The translations under genes and the position numbers were made by a program. The notes under the pieces were generated by a model that was given only the letters and a program-made list of their open reading frames with translations, had not been told where the DNA came from and searched no databases. From Felis catus (taxonomy: Eukaryota), in contig NC_058368.1 in assembly GCF_018350175.1 (NCBI RefSeq), positions 138,696,001 through 138,760,000 of the forward strand: a DNA stretch of 64,000 bases, written 5' to 3'. Below are positions 62,768 to 64,000 of the stretch, in pieces. Positions within the stretch are counted from its first letter, which is position 1. Each line of letters begins with the position of its first letter.

Positions 62768-63024
62768 CAGGCGCCCCTCATTTTAATATCTTCTGGCAGC
62801 TTGCAGCCACTCAGCTGCTGCCAAGGTAGTCCACGTGACCTCAGATAGCAGTGGTTGTTTTGGTTCATCAGAGATGCATGAAATTTGAAAGGTCTGCTTT
62901 GGTCCTATTTTTAGGTTAAATTTTGCAGAGGACAAAATATTCTGGGAAGTGTTATTTTGCGTTACAGTAAGAAATGCCTGTATGTGTAAAGTCTCTGGCA
63001 TATGGTAAGGGCTCAACAATTCTT

Positions 63025-63229
63025 TTCTTTTTAATTTTTTTAAGTTTATTTAGAGAGCGCGTGCGCACAATCGGGGGAGGGGCAAAGAGTGAGGGAGAAA
63101 ATTCCAAGCGGGCTCGGGGCTGTCAGCCCAGAGCCTGACATGGGGCTTGATCTCACAAACTGCGAGATCATGACCTGAGCCAAGATCAAAGAGTTGGATG
63201 CTTCATTGATTGAGCCATCCGGGCGCCCC
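63025..63229 (-). mobile_element. Older SINEC
   Basis: Head ccatccgggcgcccc; TSD tcaa(c/t)aattcttt. Confidence 0.9.
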
Positions 63230-63854
63230 TCAATAATTCTTTTATTAATCCATGTCTACCATACTCTCTCCTTGAAATGCTGACCAAAAAAAGGAGCCAA
63301 GAAAACCCTGCAGTGACCATTTCAATGCAAAGCAAAGGAATTTTCATAACGAAACCCTGCTTACCCTCTTGGGCCGATGTGTGCAACGACGTTCATTTGG
63401 AGCAACTCCTCTGCTTTCTTTGCATTTTTCTTTTTCCACTTTGAGCAGCTTTTTCTGAGACCTGGGCCTCTTTTATCTACTTCTCTGCACTCAAATCCTT
63501 AATTACATTCAATCCCTTTCTCTGTGACTGTAGAACATCAGGCACTTATTCTTAGAGAGAAACAGCCAAGCAGAAAGCAATTATCTTGGCCATAATTCCC
63601 TGATGTTTACAGAGTATGGCACTCGGACTTGAAATCTCCAATCACCTTTGCTGGCAGAGGCTAGTTTAGTCTCCTCATCTGCCGAGAATGGGAACTGAGA
63701 TCTGGCTCCAGGTCTAACAGCAAGATGGTCTGGCCGTGAAAGCCAGCCAGGTGTCCTGGCGCCTCACCAGTATTCCAGTCTCTTAATGTGTGCTCTGTAG
63801 TCACACCCTGCCTTATGAGGTCAGTTCTCAATTGTTTCCTTGGACATGGGGGTC

Positions 63855-63990
63855 ACTGGTCACAACTGGCGGTCTGCAGGTCAAATTCAGCCCACAGACC
63901 CGTTTTGTTCGCCGTGGAGTATCTTAAAGACTGGGAAATTGCACAATTAAAAAGTCCACTTCTCTTAAAAATTTAGAACATCTGGCAACG
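63855..63990. mobile_element. hAT-Charlie-type MITE fragment (family uncertain)
   Basis: aactggcggtctgcaggtcaaattcagcccacagac...acatctggcaac. Confidence 0.5.
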
Positions 63991-64000
63991 CAGTTAAGAT

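Noticed and set aside
1740..63229. Recurrent ORF peptides such as AQSVKRPTSAQVMIS and ERGRHRIGNRLQALS, and tRNA-like A/B boxes
   Set aside because: All derive from SINEC copies; they are neither a protein family nor functional tRNA genes

Overview
Mammalian genomic DNA, almost certainly from a felid: it carries about 32 copies of the carnivore tRNA-derived SINEC (Can-SINE) family, many of the near-identical young felid type, and a felid-like L1 3' end. The window is repeat-rich and I recognise no protein-coding gene. The supplied ORFs are mostly SINE-derived, microsatellite-derived or chance frames. Other content includes older L1M/L2/MIR fragments, MaLR/ERVL/ERV1 solo LTRs (two nested with target-site duplications, TSDs), hAT DNA-transposon relics (MER97-, MER115-, MER94-, MER5-like) and a CpG-rich island at about 23.1-24.2 kb. 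The best hypothesis-level signal is a chain of minus-strand exon-like segments at 50.7-57.9 kb that could splice into a 70-codon micro-ORF, flanked by inverted young SINEs. There are also several enhancer-like motif clusters. I found no well-supported novel biological system. Repeat family names are from recalled consensus sequences, not a database search, and most repeat boundaries are approximate.
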